DNA of 60,876 nucleotides, taken from the NCBI RefSeq assembly GCF_006345805.1, contig NW_021832136.1, positions 1 to 60,876 of the forward strand, in the 5' to 3' direction. Below, piece by piece: positions 1 to 59,151 of the stretch. The first letter of the stretch is position 1. Each line of letters opens with the position of its first letter. Under the pieces are notes generated by a model. It had not been told where the DNA came from, made no database searches, and saw only the letters and a program-made list of their open reading frames with translations. The position numbers and the translations under genes were made by a program. The stretch comes from Octopus sinensis. Lineage: Eukaryota.

Positions 1-944
1 ATCCCTCAATTAGATAGTCGCATATCCCGCAATTGGGTCTTCCACATTTTTTTAATGTCGGCTTCTGTGTTGAGGAGTGAATTCGGGCTTGTGTAAGGAG
101 ACTTTTCATGGATCTAGGCTGTCTTTTGCTTTTTATGATCGTGTGTTTGGAGGATGTGTTCATTCTGTGGTCTTTTTTAGGAGGGGTATGTTGTGGAGGA
201 TGGTGTCGAAGGCTTCGTTATTGAGAGGGTTGTGTGTGGAGATGTATGGTAAGGCTTTTGGTTGTAAGTTTTTCTTTGATTTGGGATGTCTCAGTTCCTT
301 GATGTTAATTTGAAGGGCACGTTGAATGCACTTGTCAATAAGTGAAGGTGGATAGTTCCTGGTGATTAGGGTATCTTTTAGTTCTTGTAGTCGTGTGTCT
401 CTGGTGTTTGCGTTAGAGACTATAGTGCATATCCTTTTTGCTAGATTGAAGGGGATATTCATCCTGGTGTGTCTGGGGTGGCATGAATTGAATGGAAGAT
501 ATTGCTTAGAGTCTGTAGGCTTATAGTATATGTCTGTTTCTATTATATTATTAGCTTTCTTAATGAGGATATCGAGGAAGGGGAGTTGTTGTGTTGGCTA
601 TATTCCATCGTGAATTGGATGTTTACGTCCAGTCCGTTTAAAATTTTTCTGGAATTCTATGAGTTTTTCTATATTTTTATGCCAAAGGATGAAACAGTCA
701 TCTAGATATCTCTTCCAGTTGTTTTCTATGTAGATGGAGAAAGGGCTGCCATATCTTTCTAGAACCTTACGATACAGACTGATCTCTAGGTATCCTATGA
801 CTAGGTTGGCAAAGGAGGGGGCCATTCGTGTACCCATCGCAGTCCCCGATTTTTGTCGGTAGAAGTTGTCATTGAAGGCGAAGAAGTTATTTTCCAGGAT
901 GAATTTGACCCCTTCTATCACAAATTTTTTTTGATGCGGTGTGG
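1..944 (-). mobile_element. Inverted partial copy of the same Penelope-like element (mirrors ~1487-2428); runs off the window start
   Basis: ORF 598-921(-) matches ORF 1511-1807(+) except at its end; 1-110 is the reverse complement of ~2320-2428. Confidence 0.92.
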
Positions 945-2914
945 ATACGACATTTTACATAACTTTGGTACTTTCTATGCTGGAAGACACAACATACTAT
1001 GAAAAGGCACAAAACTACAGTCAACAAAAAATAATGAGGGAACTAAAATCCATATTAAACCCATACAAAGCAGGGCTCACCGAGAAAGAATATGATTATA
1101 TGACCAATTTCACAAGTAAAACTAGCCAATTCTACGGTATACCTAAGATCCACAAAAGTGAAAAAATAAGCAACGCATGCAAGATAGCTACAGACAAAAT
1201 AATAAAGTCCCTAATCCTAATGACCTCAAATTGAGACCCATAATAGCAGGTCCCGCATGCGAAACCCACCGCCTCAGTAACTTTTAGACACCCTGTTAAA
1301 ACCACTCCTCAAACATGTCAAAAGCTATATAAGGGATGACTTAGATATGCTCAATCACCTACCGAATACTATAACAAAAACACCATACTGGTATCCTTCG
1401 ATGTAGTCAACCTCTACTCCAATATCCCCCACAACCTAGGACTAGAGGCAATCCAATTCTGGCTAGAGAATCACGCCAACGAACTACCACACCGCATCAA
1501 AAAAGAATTTGTGATAGAAGGGGTTAAATTCATCCTGGAAAATAACTTCTTCGCCTTCAATGACAACTTCTACCGACAAAAATCGGGGACTGCGATGGGT
1601 ACACGAATGGCCCCCTCCTTTGCCAACCTAGTCATAGGATACCTAGAGATCAGTCTGTATCGTAAGGTTCTAGAAAGATATGGCAGCCCTTTCTCCATCT
1701 ACATAGAAAACAACTGGAAGAGATATCTAGATGACTGTTTCATCCTTTGGCATAAAAATATAGAAAAACTCATAGAATTCCAGAAAATTTTAACGGACTG
1801 GACGTAAACATCCAATTCACGATGGAATATAGCCAACAACAACTCCCCTTCCTCGATATCCTCATTAAGAGAAGCTAATAATATAATAGAAACAGACATA
1901 TACTATAAGCCTACACACTCTAAGCAATATCTTCCATTCAATTCATGCCACCTCAGACACACCAGGATGAATATCCCCTTCAATCTAGCAAAGGATATGC
2001 ACTATAGTCTCTAACGCAAACACCAGAGACACACGACTACAAGAACTAAAAGATACCCTAATCACCAGGAACTATCCACCTTCACTTATTGACAAGTGCA
2101 TTCAACGTGCCCTTCAAATTAACATCAAGGAACTGAGACATCCCAAATCAAAGAAAAATTACAACCAAAAGCCTTACCATACATCTCCACACACACCCTC
2201 TCAATAACGAAGCCTTCGACACCATCCTCCACAACATACCCCTCCTAAAAAAAGACCACAGAATGAACACAATCCTCCAAACACACACGATCATAAAAAG
2301 CAAAAGACAGCCTAGATCCATGAAAAGTCTCCTTACACAAGCCCGAATTCACTCCTCAACATAGAAGCCGACAGTAAAAAAATGTGGAAGACCCAATTGC
2401 GGGATATGCGATTATCTAATTGAGGGATCAGAGTTCTCCTTCAAACAGGGACAACGGTTTACAGTGAAAAGCAACTTCACATGTGCTTCGGAGAACCTAA
2501 TATACTCACTAACCTGCTCCGGGTGTCAAGAGCAGTACATAGGCCAAACAAAAAATGGTTTGCGTAAACGAATGGCCCTGCACAGATCCCAGATAAAAAT
2601 TCCCCAAAACAGAAAAATAGCTTTTAGCCAACACATAGATACTTGCGCCAACAAAAAAACACCAAACTTCAGAATTTTCCCCTCTACCAATTTAGGACGA
2701 CGATACAACCTCGAGACAACGAATAAGTAAAGAAAATCTCTTTATTACAAAATACAAGCCACTTCTAAACGGGTCTACGACAAACAATTAATATACCTCA
2801 ACTTTAGAATAAAAGAAAAAAATATATATACACACACAAATATTACACTCCATAGAATCCATTACTAATCAGCCCCTTCATAGCTATACTTACACCCATT
2901 CATATTCCCCCTTC

Positions 2915-3170
2915 TCTGTTTTTTTCTTCTTCTTCTTCTTCCTCTTCTTCTTCATCATCATCATTATCATCATCATCGTCGTCATCATCATCACCACCAT
3001 CATCACCACCATCTTCTCCTTCTCCTCCTTCTTCTTCTTCTTCTTCTTCTTCTTCTTCTTCATCATCATCATCATTATCATCATCATCGTCGTCATAATC
3101 ATCACCACCACCACCATCATCGTCATCTACTCCTTCTCCTTCTTCTTCTTCTTCTTCTTCTTCTTCTACT
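2915..3170. repeat. Compound (TCT)n/(CAT)n microsatellite
   Basis: Direct reading. Confidence 0.95.
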
Positions 3171-3528
3171 TCGCCACCCCCTACCCCTTAACTTTGTCAC
3201 TAATGTTTTTTAGTATAACACCTACGCTAATTCTATAAACAAGCCTGTCAATATAAATATTCTCCTGAATTGAACTGAGACTGCCAGCCGCCACTGACCA
3301 TTCAAAATACGACCATCAGGGCACTCCCAGATTCTCCCATCCCCCTTTCCCCACCAGCCTTCTTCCTCTACTACCCTTCCAAGAACTCACAACGACCTCC
3401 GACACACAAGTGCAAACAAGGGAGTCAGAGAAAGGCAGAATGCCACTTAAATCTGAACACTACTGTAGAAATATTCTTTTAAAAAAACTTTTCTTATAAT
3501 TTTTCTAAATTTAATTATTTAATCGTTA

Positions 3529-3566
3529 CAGTTGAAAAGGTCTCAAAATGACCGAAACCGGTACTG
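3529..3566 (+). ncRNA. Minimal type-I hammerhead ribozyme-like motif (U3-A8 core variant)
   Basis: cag-UUGAAAA-ggtc(tcaaaat)gacc-GAAA-c-cg-GUA-ctg: helices I and II pair, helix III is the palindrome ACCGGU. Confidence 0.6.
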
Positions 3567-3619
3567 AAATGTTCACTATAAAATTATTTTAGCATTTTCT
3601 ATTTTTGACTTGTTTTTTC

Positions 3620-3864
<245 letters not shown>

Positions 3865-3999
3865 CACTTATAAGCAAGGGCTAAAATTTAAATATTCTAA
3901 CGGTTAGTTTGCCCGACTTCAGTTCAGTTTTTCTGTAGCAAGTGGATTATATATGGAAAATCAGTGTATTGGCTTTGAATAATCTTCTTTAGCCTTCGC

Positions 4000-48825
<44,826 letters not shown>

Positions 48826-48968
48826 CTAGAAAAATAAAAGCCAAAAGATTTTTTATTAGTCAAACAGTGAAGGGCTTAGATAGTCTTGTCACTAGACTAG
48901 CTAGAAATAGAGAGCAAATCTTATTCATTTATCCCCTACTATAAAAAGGGACGATCGGTTTTCCTTTT

Positions 48969-51900
48969 GGATCTTTTCGGTTTGAATGGCAGTTTTTTCT
49001 AGCGGTGTCATATGAAATTGTCACCCATAATTATGACCCTATTATCGATCTGTTGCATTTCAATCTGTTTTAGGGTTAAGGTTAGTTAGGGTTAGGTTTA
49101 AGGTTAGGAATGGGGGGAAAGGTATCTTTTTTTCTTCACAAATATAAATAAACCCAATCTGTTTCTTAAACGAGGGACATATTCATACAGCACAGGATGT
49201 TTTCACCTCAATAGACGTCATTGATTGGTTGAAATTGCAGAAATTGAAGAAAAAAAACAACAAATATCTTACAAAAATATAGAATTTTCTCAATAAAGCC
49301 AAGAGAAAAAGATGTCTTATAAATACATTCTACCAGTATACGAAGTTTAAAAGTGTTTAGTTATGTGGAGATTATTTTAAAAAACTGCCGTTTTCACCTG
49401 AACAGACGTCATTGATTGGTTGAAATTGCAGAAATTGAAGAAAAAAAACAACAAATATCTTACAAACCATAGAATTTTCTCAATAAAGCCAAGAGAAAAA
49501 GATGTCTTATAAATACATTCTACCATTATACGAAGTTTAAAAGTGTTTAGTTATGTGGAGATTATTTTAAAAAACTGCCGTTTTCACCTGAATGGACGTC
49601 ATTGATTGGTTGAAATTGCAGAAACTGAAGAAAAAAACAACAAATATCTTACAAACTATAGAATTTTCTCAATAAAGCCAAGAGAAAAAGATGTCTTATA
49701 AATATATTCTACCATTATACGAAGTTTAAAAGTGTTTAGTTATGTGGAGATTATTTTAAAAAACTGTCATTTTCACATGAATAGACGTCATTGATTGGTT
49801 GAAATTGCAGAAATTGAAGAAAAAGCAAAACAAATATCTTACAACTATAGAATTTTCTAATAGAACAATAAAGCCAAGAGAAAAATATGTTTTATAAATA
49901 CATTCTACCAGTATACGAAGTTTAAAAGTGTTTAGTTACGTGGAAATTATTTTTAAAAAACTGCCGTTTTCACCTGAATAGACGTCATTGATTGGTTGAA
50001 ATTGCAGAAATTGAAGAAAAAGCAACAACAAATATCTTACAAACTATAGAATTTTCTCAATAAAGCCAAGAGAAAAATATGTTTTATAAATACATTCCCC
50101 AGTATACGAAGTTTAAAAGTGTTTAGTTACGTGGAAATTATTTTTAAAAAACTGCCGTTTTCACCTGAATAGACGTCATTGATTGGTTGAAATTGCAGAA
50201 ATTGAAGAAAAAGCAACAACAAATATCTTACAAACTATAGAATTTTCTCAATAAAGCCAAGAGAAAAATATGTTTTATAAATACATTCTACCAGTATACG
50301 AAGTTTAAAAGTGTTTAGTTACGTGGAAATTATTTTTAAAAAACTGCCGTTTTCACCTGAATAGACGTCATTGATTGGTTGAAATTGCAGAAATTGAAGA
50401 AAAAGCAACAACAAATATCTTACAAACTATAGAATTTTCTCAATAAAGCCAAGAGAAAAATATGTTTTATAAATACATTCTACCAGTATACGAAGTTTAA
50501 AAGTGTTTAGTTACGTGGAAATTATTTTTAAAAAACTGCCGTTTTCACCTGAATAGACGTCATTGATTGGTTGAAATTGCAGAAATTGAAGAAAAAGCAA
50601 CAACAAATATCTTACAAACTATAGAATTTTCTCAATAAAGCCAAGAGAAAAATATGTTTTATAAATACATTCTACCAGTATACGAAGTTTAAAAGTGTTT
50701 AGTTACGTGGAAATTATTTTTAAAAAACTGCCGTTTTCACCTGAATAGACGTCATTGATTGGTTGAAATTGCAGAAATTGAAGAAAAAAACCAACAAATA
50801 TCTTACAAACTATAGAATTTTCTCAATAAAGCCAAGAGAAAAATATGTTTTATAAATACATTCTACCAGTATACGAAGTTTAAAAGTGTTTAGTTACGTG
50901 GAGATTATTTTTAAAAAACTGCCGTTTTCACCTGAATAGACGTCATTGATTGGTTGAAATTGCAGAAATTGAAGAAAAAAACCAACAAATATCTTACAAA
51001 CTATAGAATTTTCTCAATAAAGCCAAGAGAAAAATATGTTTTATAAATACATTCTACCAGTATACGAAGTTTAAAGTGTTTAGTTACGTGGAGATTATTT
51101 TTAAAAAACTGCCGTTTTCACCTGAATAGACGTCATTGATTGGTTGAAATTGCAGAAATTGAAGAAAAAAACCAACAAATATCTTACAAACTATAGAATT
51201 TTCTCAATAAAGCCAAGAGAAAAATATGTTTTATAAATACATTCTACCAGTATACGAAGTTTAAAAGTGTTTAGTTACGTGGAAATTATTTTTAAAAACT
51301 GCCGTTTTCACCTGAATAGACGTCATTGATTGGTTGAAATTGCAGAAATTGAAGAAAAAAACCAACAAATATCTTACAAACTATAGAATTTTCTCAATAA
51401 AGCCAAGAGAAAAATATGTTTTATAAATACATTCTACCAGTATACGAAGTTTAAAAGTGTTTAGTTACGTGGAGATTATTTTTAAAAAACTGCCGTTTTC
51501 ACCTGAATAGACGTCATTGATTGGTTGAAATTGCAGAAATTGAAGAAAAAAACCAACAAATATCTTACAAACTATAGAATTTTCTCAATAAAGCCAAGAG
51601 AAAAATATGTTTTATAAATACATTCTACCAGTATACGAAGTTTAAAAGTGTTTAGTTACGTGGAAATTATTTTTAAAAAACTGCCGTTTTCACCTGAATA
51701 GACGTCATTGATTGGTTGAAATTGCAGAAATTGAAGAAAAAGCAACAACAAATATCTTACAAACTATAAAATTTTCTCAATAAAGCCAAGAGAAAAATAT
51801 GTTTTATAAATACATTCTACCAGTATACGAAGTTTAAAAGTGTTTAGTTACGTGGAAATTATTTTTAAAAAACTGCCGTTTTCACCTGAATAGACGTCAT

Positions 51901-54183
51901 TGATTGGTTGAAATTACAGAAATAGAAGAAAAAAACCAACAAATATCTTACAAACTATAGAATTTTCTCAATAAAGCCAAGAGAAAAATATGTTTTATAA
52001 ATACATTCTACCAGTATACGAAGTTTAAAAGTGTTTAGTTACGTGGAAATTATTTTTAAAAAACTGCCGTTTTCACCTGAATAGACGTCATTGATTGGTT
52101 GAAATTGCAGAAATTGAAGAAAAAAACCAACAAATATCTTACAAACTATAGAATTTTCTCAATAAAGCCAAGAGAAAAATATGTTTTATAAATACATTCT
52201 ACCAGTATACGAAGTTTAAAAGTGTTTAGTTACGTGGAGATTATTTTTAAAAAACTGCCGTTTTCCCTTCACCTGAATAGACGTCATTGATTGGTTGAAA
52301 TTGCAGAAATTGAAGAAAAAACCAACAAATATCTTACAAACTATAGAATTTTCTCAATAAAGCCAAGAGAAAAATATTTTTATAAATACATTCTACCAGT
52401 ATACGAAGTTTAAAAGTGTTTAGTTACGTGGAAATTATTTTTAAAAAACTGCCGTTTTCACCTGAATAGACGTCATTGATTGGTTGAAATTGCAGAAATT
52501 GAAGAAAAAACCAACAAATATCTTACAAACTATAGAATTTTCTCAATAAAGCCAAGAGAAAAATATGTTTTATAAATACATTCTACCAGTATACGAAGTT
52601 TAAAAGTGTTTAGTTACGTGGAAATTATTTTTAAAAAACTGCCGTTTTCACCTGAATAGACGTCATTGATTGGTTGAAATTGCAGAAATTGAAGAAAAAA
52701 AACCAACAAATATCTTACAAACTATAGAATTTTCTCAATAAAGCCAAGAGAAAAATATGTTTTATAAATACATTCTACCAGTATACGAAGTTTAAAAGTG
52801 TTTAGTTACGTGGAGATTATTTTTAAAAAACTGCCGTTTTCACCTGAATAGACGTCATTGATTGGTTGAATTGCAGAAATTGAAGAAAAAAACCAACAAA
52901 TATCTTACAAACTATAGAATTTTCTCAATAAAGCCAGAGAAAAATATGTTTTATAAATACATTCTACCAGTATAACGAGTTTAAAAGTGTTTAGTTACGT
53001 GGAGATTATTTTTAAAAAACTGCCGTTTTCACCTGAATAGACGTCATTGATTGGTTGAAATTGCAGAAATTGAAGAAAAAAACCAACAAATATCTTACAA
53101 ACTATAGAATTTTCTCAATAAAGCCAAGAGAAAAATATGTTTTATAAATACATTCTACCAGTATACGAAGTTTAAAAGTGTTTAGTTACGTGGAGATTAT
53201 TTTTAAAAAACTGCCGTTTTCACACCTGAATAGACGTCATTGATTGGTTGAAATTGCAGAAATTGAAGAAAAAAAACCAACAATATCTTACAAACTATAG
53301 AATTTTCTCAATAAAGCCAAGAGAAAATATGTTTTATAAATACATTCTACCAGTATACGAAGTTTAAAAGTGTTTAGTTACGTGGAAATTATTTTTAAAA
53401 ACTGCCGTTTTCACCTGAATAGACGTCATTGATTGGTTGAAATTGCAGAAATTGAAGAAAAAAACCAACAAATATCTTACAAACTATAGAATTTTCTCAA
53501 TAAAGCCAAGAGAAAAATATGTTTTTATAATACATTCTACCAGTATACGAAGTTTAAAAGTGTTTAGTTACGTGAGATTATTTTTAAAAAACTGCCGTTT
53601 TCACCTGAATAGACGTCATTGATTGGTTGAAATTGCAGAAATTGAAGAAAAAAACCAACAAATATCTTACAAACTATAGAATTTTCTCAATAAAGCCAAG
53701 AGAAAAATATGTTTTATAAATACATTCTACCATATACGAAGTTTAAAAGTGTTTAGTTACGTGGAATTATTTTTAAAAAACTGCCGTTTTCACCTGAATA
53801 GACGTCATTGATTGGTTGAAATTGCAGAAATTGAAGAAAAAGCAACAACAAATATCTTACAAACTATAAAATTTTCTCAATAAAGCCAAGAGAAAAATAT
53901 TTTTATAAATACATTCTACCAGTATACGAAGTTTAAAAGTGTTTAGTTACGTGGAATTATTTTTAAAAACTGCCGTTTTCCCTGAATAGACGTCATTGAT
54001 TGGTTGAAATTACAGAAATAGAAGAAAAAAAACCACAAATATCTTACAAACTATAGAATTTTCTCAATAAAGCCAAGAGAAAAATATGTTTTATAAATAC
54101 ATTCTACCAGTATACGAAGTTTAAAAGTGTTTAGTTACGTGGAGATTATTTAAAAAAAACTGCCGTTCAAACCGAAAATATCC
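48969..54183 (+). repeat. Same MITE family with an internal ~191-bp segment amplified into ~26 tandem copies
   Basis: Left TIR at 48969, right TIR ends 54183, imperfect TSD ttcctttt/tttttttt; gacgtcattgattgg recurs every ~190-192 bp from ~49213. Confidence 0.9.
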
Positions 54184-54662
54184 TTTTTTTTTTCTTTTCA
54201 GTACCTATGGCATTACAGTTAACTCTTCGAGGAAGATGTGTTCTGATACTATAATCCGGTCGACAGAAACAGAAGTTAAATTGCGAGAAATAATTAGCGA
54301 GCTGAATGAATAAATAGGAAACATTATGTGGTGGAATTTCCAGTCGGTTTTTCAAATTTAGGTGAATTTTCAACAACAAAAATTTGCCTATATTCTGTAC
54401 ACGAAACCAAAGCTTTTGTTCCTAACTTGTTTATCCACGTAATTTCCGTCATATTTGCTCAGCTGGATTTCTCTTAGAGCCGCTCTTTATCCCGCGAAAT
54501 TGGCCCTTCTTAAAGACATCGGAATCTAAGTTCGAATCGTGTGTAGATATATGTACGTATGCATGCAAGTATATATTGTGTATGTATGTGTATATCATAT
54601 ATAAATGTATATATATATATATATATATATATCTATATATATATATATATATATGTAGTATG

Positions 54663-54747
<85 letters not shown>

Positions 54748-55008
54748 GTATATATATATATGTGAATTACAGGGTTTGTCGTGCCCGGTTCCAACTTTGA
54801 TAGAAATAAGCATTCTTGACTGCTATTTCTATTTTTTCGGTATGCGGTCAAGCAACCTGTTTGCCTGTCCCTTCTCTTATATACAATATATATACTGAAC
54901 TTTACAGAAGTTCCTGCCGGTAATCGGCTATATTTACATACCGAATTCTACCAGTAAATAATTGGGGTTTTTTTAAAAGCCTTTATAGAAATTATTTACT
55001 CTTATTAT

Positions 55009-55041
<33 letters not shown>

Positions 55042-55101
55042 GTATATATATATATAATATATATATATATACAGAGATACATACATACATACATACGTAC
55101 A

Positions 55102-55134
<33 letters not shown>

Positions 55135-55164
55135 TTAATATATATATATATATATATGTATGTG

Positions 55165-55212
<48 letters not shown>

Positions 55213-55301
55213 GAGATACATACATACATACGTATATATATGTATATATATATATATACATACACACATATATAATATATTATATATATATATATACATA
55301 C

Positions 55302-55363
<62 letters not shown>

Positions 55364-55367
55364 ATAT

Positions 55368-55411
<44 letters not shown>

Positions 55412-55927
55412 GTATATATTTATATATATAGTGTAGGTATCAGTTAAAGAAGTTTATATCCTCTATGTCATAATTAAATCCAAAGGCGCTCTTGGTGATT
55501 ATCAGAGTAGGTACAGTCCTTTGTACCAAAAAGAACAACAAACACACACACACACACAAAAAAAAACAACAACGCGAGGACGAGGTACACGTAAAGTATT
55601 AGCAGACGCTCAGAGAAGGAAAGAAAGATGGTTTAATGTTTCGAGTAATAGAAGAAAGTTCAATACAGTTCCAAGAGAAGAAAGCCCAAAAGAAAGGAAG
55701 CCGGCGGAAGAAAATCGCCAACGATTCACACGTGGTTACATTTGAAATGACCGGAAGGGAATGGGTGAAGAAAAGTTCCTTCTAAGATAGGAGAGTGTGC
55801 GTATGTGTGGGTACGTGCGTGCACCCAAGTCTGTGTGTGTGTGTAATAGCACGTGTGTGTGCGTATGCGTGTGTATGTGTTGGGTGTGGTTTGGGCTGTT
55901 CATATGTGTGTGTGTGAGTGAACTTTC

Positions 55928-56788
55928 GGATCTTTTCGGTTTGAACGGCAGTTTTTAACATAATTTCTGGGTAACTAAAAAAATGTTAAACTTCGTATAC
56001 TGGTAGAATGTGTTTATAAAACATCTTTTTCTCTTGGCTTTATTGAGAAAATTCTATAGTTGTAAGATATTTGCTGTTTTTTTTTTTCAATTTCTGCAAT
56101 TTCAACCAATCAATGACCGTCTATTGAGGTAAAAAACAGGATCTTTTCGGTTTGAACGGCAGTTTTTAAAATAATTTCTGGGTAACTAAAAAAATTTAAA
56201 ACTTCGTATACTGGTAGAATGTGTTTATAAAACATCTTTTTCTCTTGGCTTTATTGAGAAAATTCTATAGTTGTAAGATATTTGCTGGGTTTTTTTTTTC
56301 AATTTCTGCAATTTCAACCAATCAATGACATCTATTGAGGTAAAAAACAGGATCTTTTCGGTTTGAACGGCAGTTTTTAACATAATTTCCACGTAACTAA
56401 ATAATTTTAAACTTCGTATACTGGTAGAATGTGTTTATAAAACATCTTTTTCTCTTGGCTTTATTGAGAAAATTCTATAGTTTGTAAGATATTTGCTGGG
56501 TTTTTTTCTTCAATTTCTGCAATTTCAACCAATCAATGACCGTCTATTGAGGTGAAAACATTCTGTGCCGTATGGATATGTCCCTCGTTTAAGAAACAGA
56601 TTGGGTTTATTTACATTTGTGAAGAAAAAAGATACCCTTCTTCACACCCCTAACCCTAACCCTAACTAACCCTAACCCTAACCCTAAAACAGATTGAAAT
56701 GCAATAGATCGTTACTAGGGTCATAATTATGGCTGACAATTTCATATGACACCGCTAGAAAAAACTGCCGTTCAAATCGAAAAGATCC
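55928..56788 (-). mobile_element. Same MITE family, reverse orientation, ~3 internal units, perfect 8-bp TSD
   Basis: TSD gaactttc at 55920-55927 and 56789-56796; (ccctaa)n at 56648-56690. Confidence 0.9.
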
Positions 56789-56980
56789 GAACTTTCTGTC
56801 TCTTAACGTTGAAGGAAGAATTCAACGGCTGGTAACTGAGGTGGCGGTCTTTTGTGTAGTTGTGTGTCTCTTCAGATGTGCGCAGAGGAATGATCAGTAG
56901 AAAGGTGTTTGACTGGCAGTAAGAAGTATGTGTGTCCGTGTGTATTGTATGTGTGTGCGAAGTATGTCTTTTTTTTTTTG

Positions 56981-57903
56981 CCCACAAGGGGCTAAACACA
57001 GAGGGGACAAACAAGGACAGACAAACGGATTAAGCCGATTATATCGACCCCAGTGCGTAAATGGTACTTATTTAATCGACTCCGAAAGGATGAAAGGCAA
57101 AGTCGACCTCGGCGTAATTTGAACTCAGAACGTAGCGGCAGACGAAATACCTACTTCTTTACTACCCACAAGGGGCTAAACACAGAGGAGACAAACGGAT
57201 TAAGTCGATTACATCGACCCCAGTGCGTAAATGGTACTTATTTAATCGACTCCGAAAGGATGAAAGGCAAAGTCGACCTCGGCAGAATTTGAACTCAAAA
57301 CGTAGCGGCAGACGAAATACCTATTTCTTTACTACCCACAAGGGGCTAAACAAAGAGGAGCCAAACGGATTAAGTCGATTACATCGACCCCAGTGCGTAA
57401 ATGGTACTTATTTAATCGACTCCGAAAGGATGAAAGGCAAAGTCGACCTCGGCAGAATTTGAACTCAAAACGTAGCGGCAGACGAAATACCTATTTCTTT
57501 ACTACCCACAAGGGGCTAAACACAGAGGGGACAAACAAGGACAGACAAAGGGATTAAGTCGATTATATCGACCCCAGTGCGTAACTGGTACTTATTTTAT
57601 CGACCCCGAAAGGATGAAAGGCAAAGTCGACCTCGGCAGAATTTGAACTCAGAACGTAGCGGCAGACGAAATACCTACTTCTTTACAACCCACAAGGGGC
57701 TAAACACAGAGGGGACAAACAAGGACAGACAAAGGGATTAAGTCGATTATATCGACCCCAGTGCGTAACTGGTACTTATTTTATCGACTCCGAAATGATG
57801 AAAGGCAAAGTCGACCTCGGCGGAATTTGAACTCAGAACGCAGCGGCGGACGAAATAGCACTAAGTATTTCACCCGGCGTGCTAACGATTCTGCCAGCTC
57901 GCC
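56981..57903 (-). mobile_element. tRNA-derived SINE family 3 with body tandemly repeated ~5 times (170-185 bp)
   Basis: Head ggcgagctggcagaatcgttagcac; body gtcgactttgcctttcatcctttcggggtcgataaattaagtaccag (resembles the Meta-domain, from memory). Other arrays: 29213-29575, 33265-33855, 41355-41770, 46532-47128, 58455-58695; fragments 13790-14070, 26885-26985. Confidence 0.85.
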
Positions 57904-58988
57904 AACATATACATACAGCTCGCGTGTATGTATATGTTGTGTGTGTGTGTTTTGTGTGTAGTGTGTGCATGCGTCTGTGTGTGTGCGTGAGTGTATGTGT
58001 TTGCGTATTTGTGTGTATGTGTGTGTATGTGCATGTATGTATGTGTGTGTGTGGAGTATATGTGCGCTCCGATGTGTGAGTGCGTGCGTGTGCGGCTGTG
58101 TGCGCGCGTGTATGTGTGTGTGTGGATATGTCCATGTATGTGTAATTGTGTGCGTATATGTATGCGTGTGTGTTGTATGTGTCGGACGTATGTGTGGTCA
58201 TTTGCGAGTGCGTGAGTGTGTGCGTGCGTATGTTTGTGTGAACGTGGGATTGTCTGTATCGGTATATGTGCGTTTGTGTGCGTGTGTATGAGTGTGTATG
58301 TGTGTGTGGTTTGTGTGTGTGGAGTATATTGCTTTCCTGTGTATGTGTGCATGCGTGTGAGCGTGTGCGTGTGTGCGCGTATATGTGCGTGTGTGCGCGT
58401 ATATGTGCGTGTGTGTATATGTCCAGGCATGTGTAATTAGGTGCGTGTATGTATGAGTTCAAATTCCGCCGAGGTCGACTTTGCCTTTCATCCTTTCGGG
58501 GTCGATAAAATAAGTACCAGTTACGCACTGGGGGCGATGTAATCGACTTAATCCGTTTGTCTGTCCTTGTTTGTCTTCTCTATGTTTAGCCCCTTGTGGG
58601 TAGTAAAGAAATAGGTATTTCGTCTGTCGTTACGTTCTGAGTTCAAATTCCGCCGAGGTCGACTTTGCCTTTCATCCTTTCGGCGTCGATAAATTAAGTG
58701 TGTGTGTGTGTGACGCATGTGTGTTACATTATAAGACACAAAAAGAAAAATGACTCTCCCCAGACACAACAAAATATGCTTCAACACACGAACTCACATA
58801 AAGAATCTTGCAAACCAAATCCCAAAACAAAACATTTATAGTCTTGCCAGAAACTGCAGACAGATTTGGGATGGACCGAAGCTTTAGCAGAAGACACTTG
58901 CCCAAGATCCCACACAGTGGGACTCAAGCTGGAATCAAGGTTGGGGAGCACACATTGTACCACACAACCACTGCTGTGCACCATGTGT

Positions 58989-59028
<40 letters not shown>

Positions 59029-59065
59029 ATATATTATATATATATATATATATAATATATATATT

Positions 59066-59099
<34 letters not shown>

Positions 59100-59151
59100 A
59101 TATATATAATATATATTATATATATATATATATATACTATATACTTATATA

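Larger units (their letters stand above)
945..3600 (+). mobile_element. Penelope-like retroelement (RT + C-terminal GIY-YIG endonuclease), frameshifted; tentatively Naiad/Neptune-type
   Basis: FYGIPKIHK, LRPIIAGP, GTAMGTRMAPSFANL, WKRYLDDCF; linker CGRPNCGIC; NLIYSLTCSGCQEQYIGQT...HRSQI...SQHIDTC; hammerhead-like motif at 3529-3566. Clade assigned from memory only. Confidence 0.9.

Noticed and set aside
2380-2760. Selenocysteine-type (UGA) endonuclease in the first Penelope-like element
   Set aside because: All Cys positions checked are TGT/TGC; there is no in-frame TGA at those sites.
49205-54170. Regular arrays as a CRISPR locus
   Set aside because: Whole units repeat with no unique spacers, no cas genes, eukaryotic context.
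54185-54560. Unique-looking island as the upstream exon of the gene
   Set aside because: No minus-strand acceptor/donor pair with a signal-peptide-like open frame ending in phase 0 could be supported.
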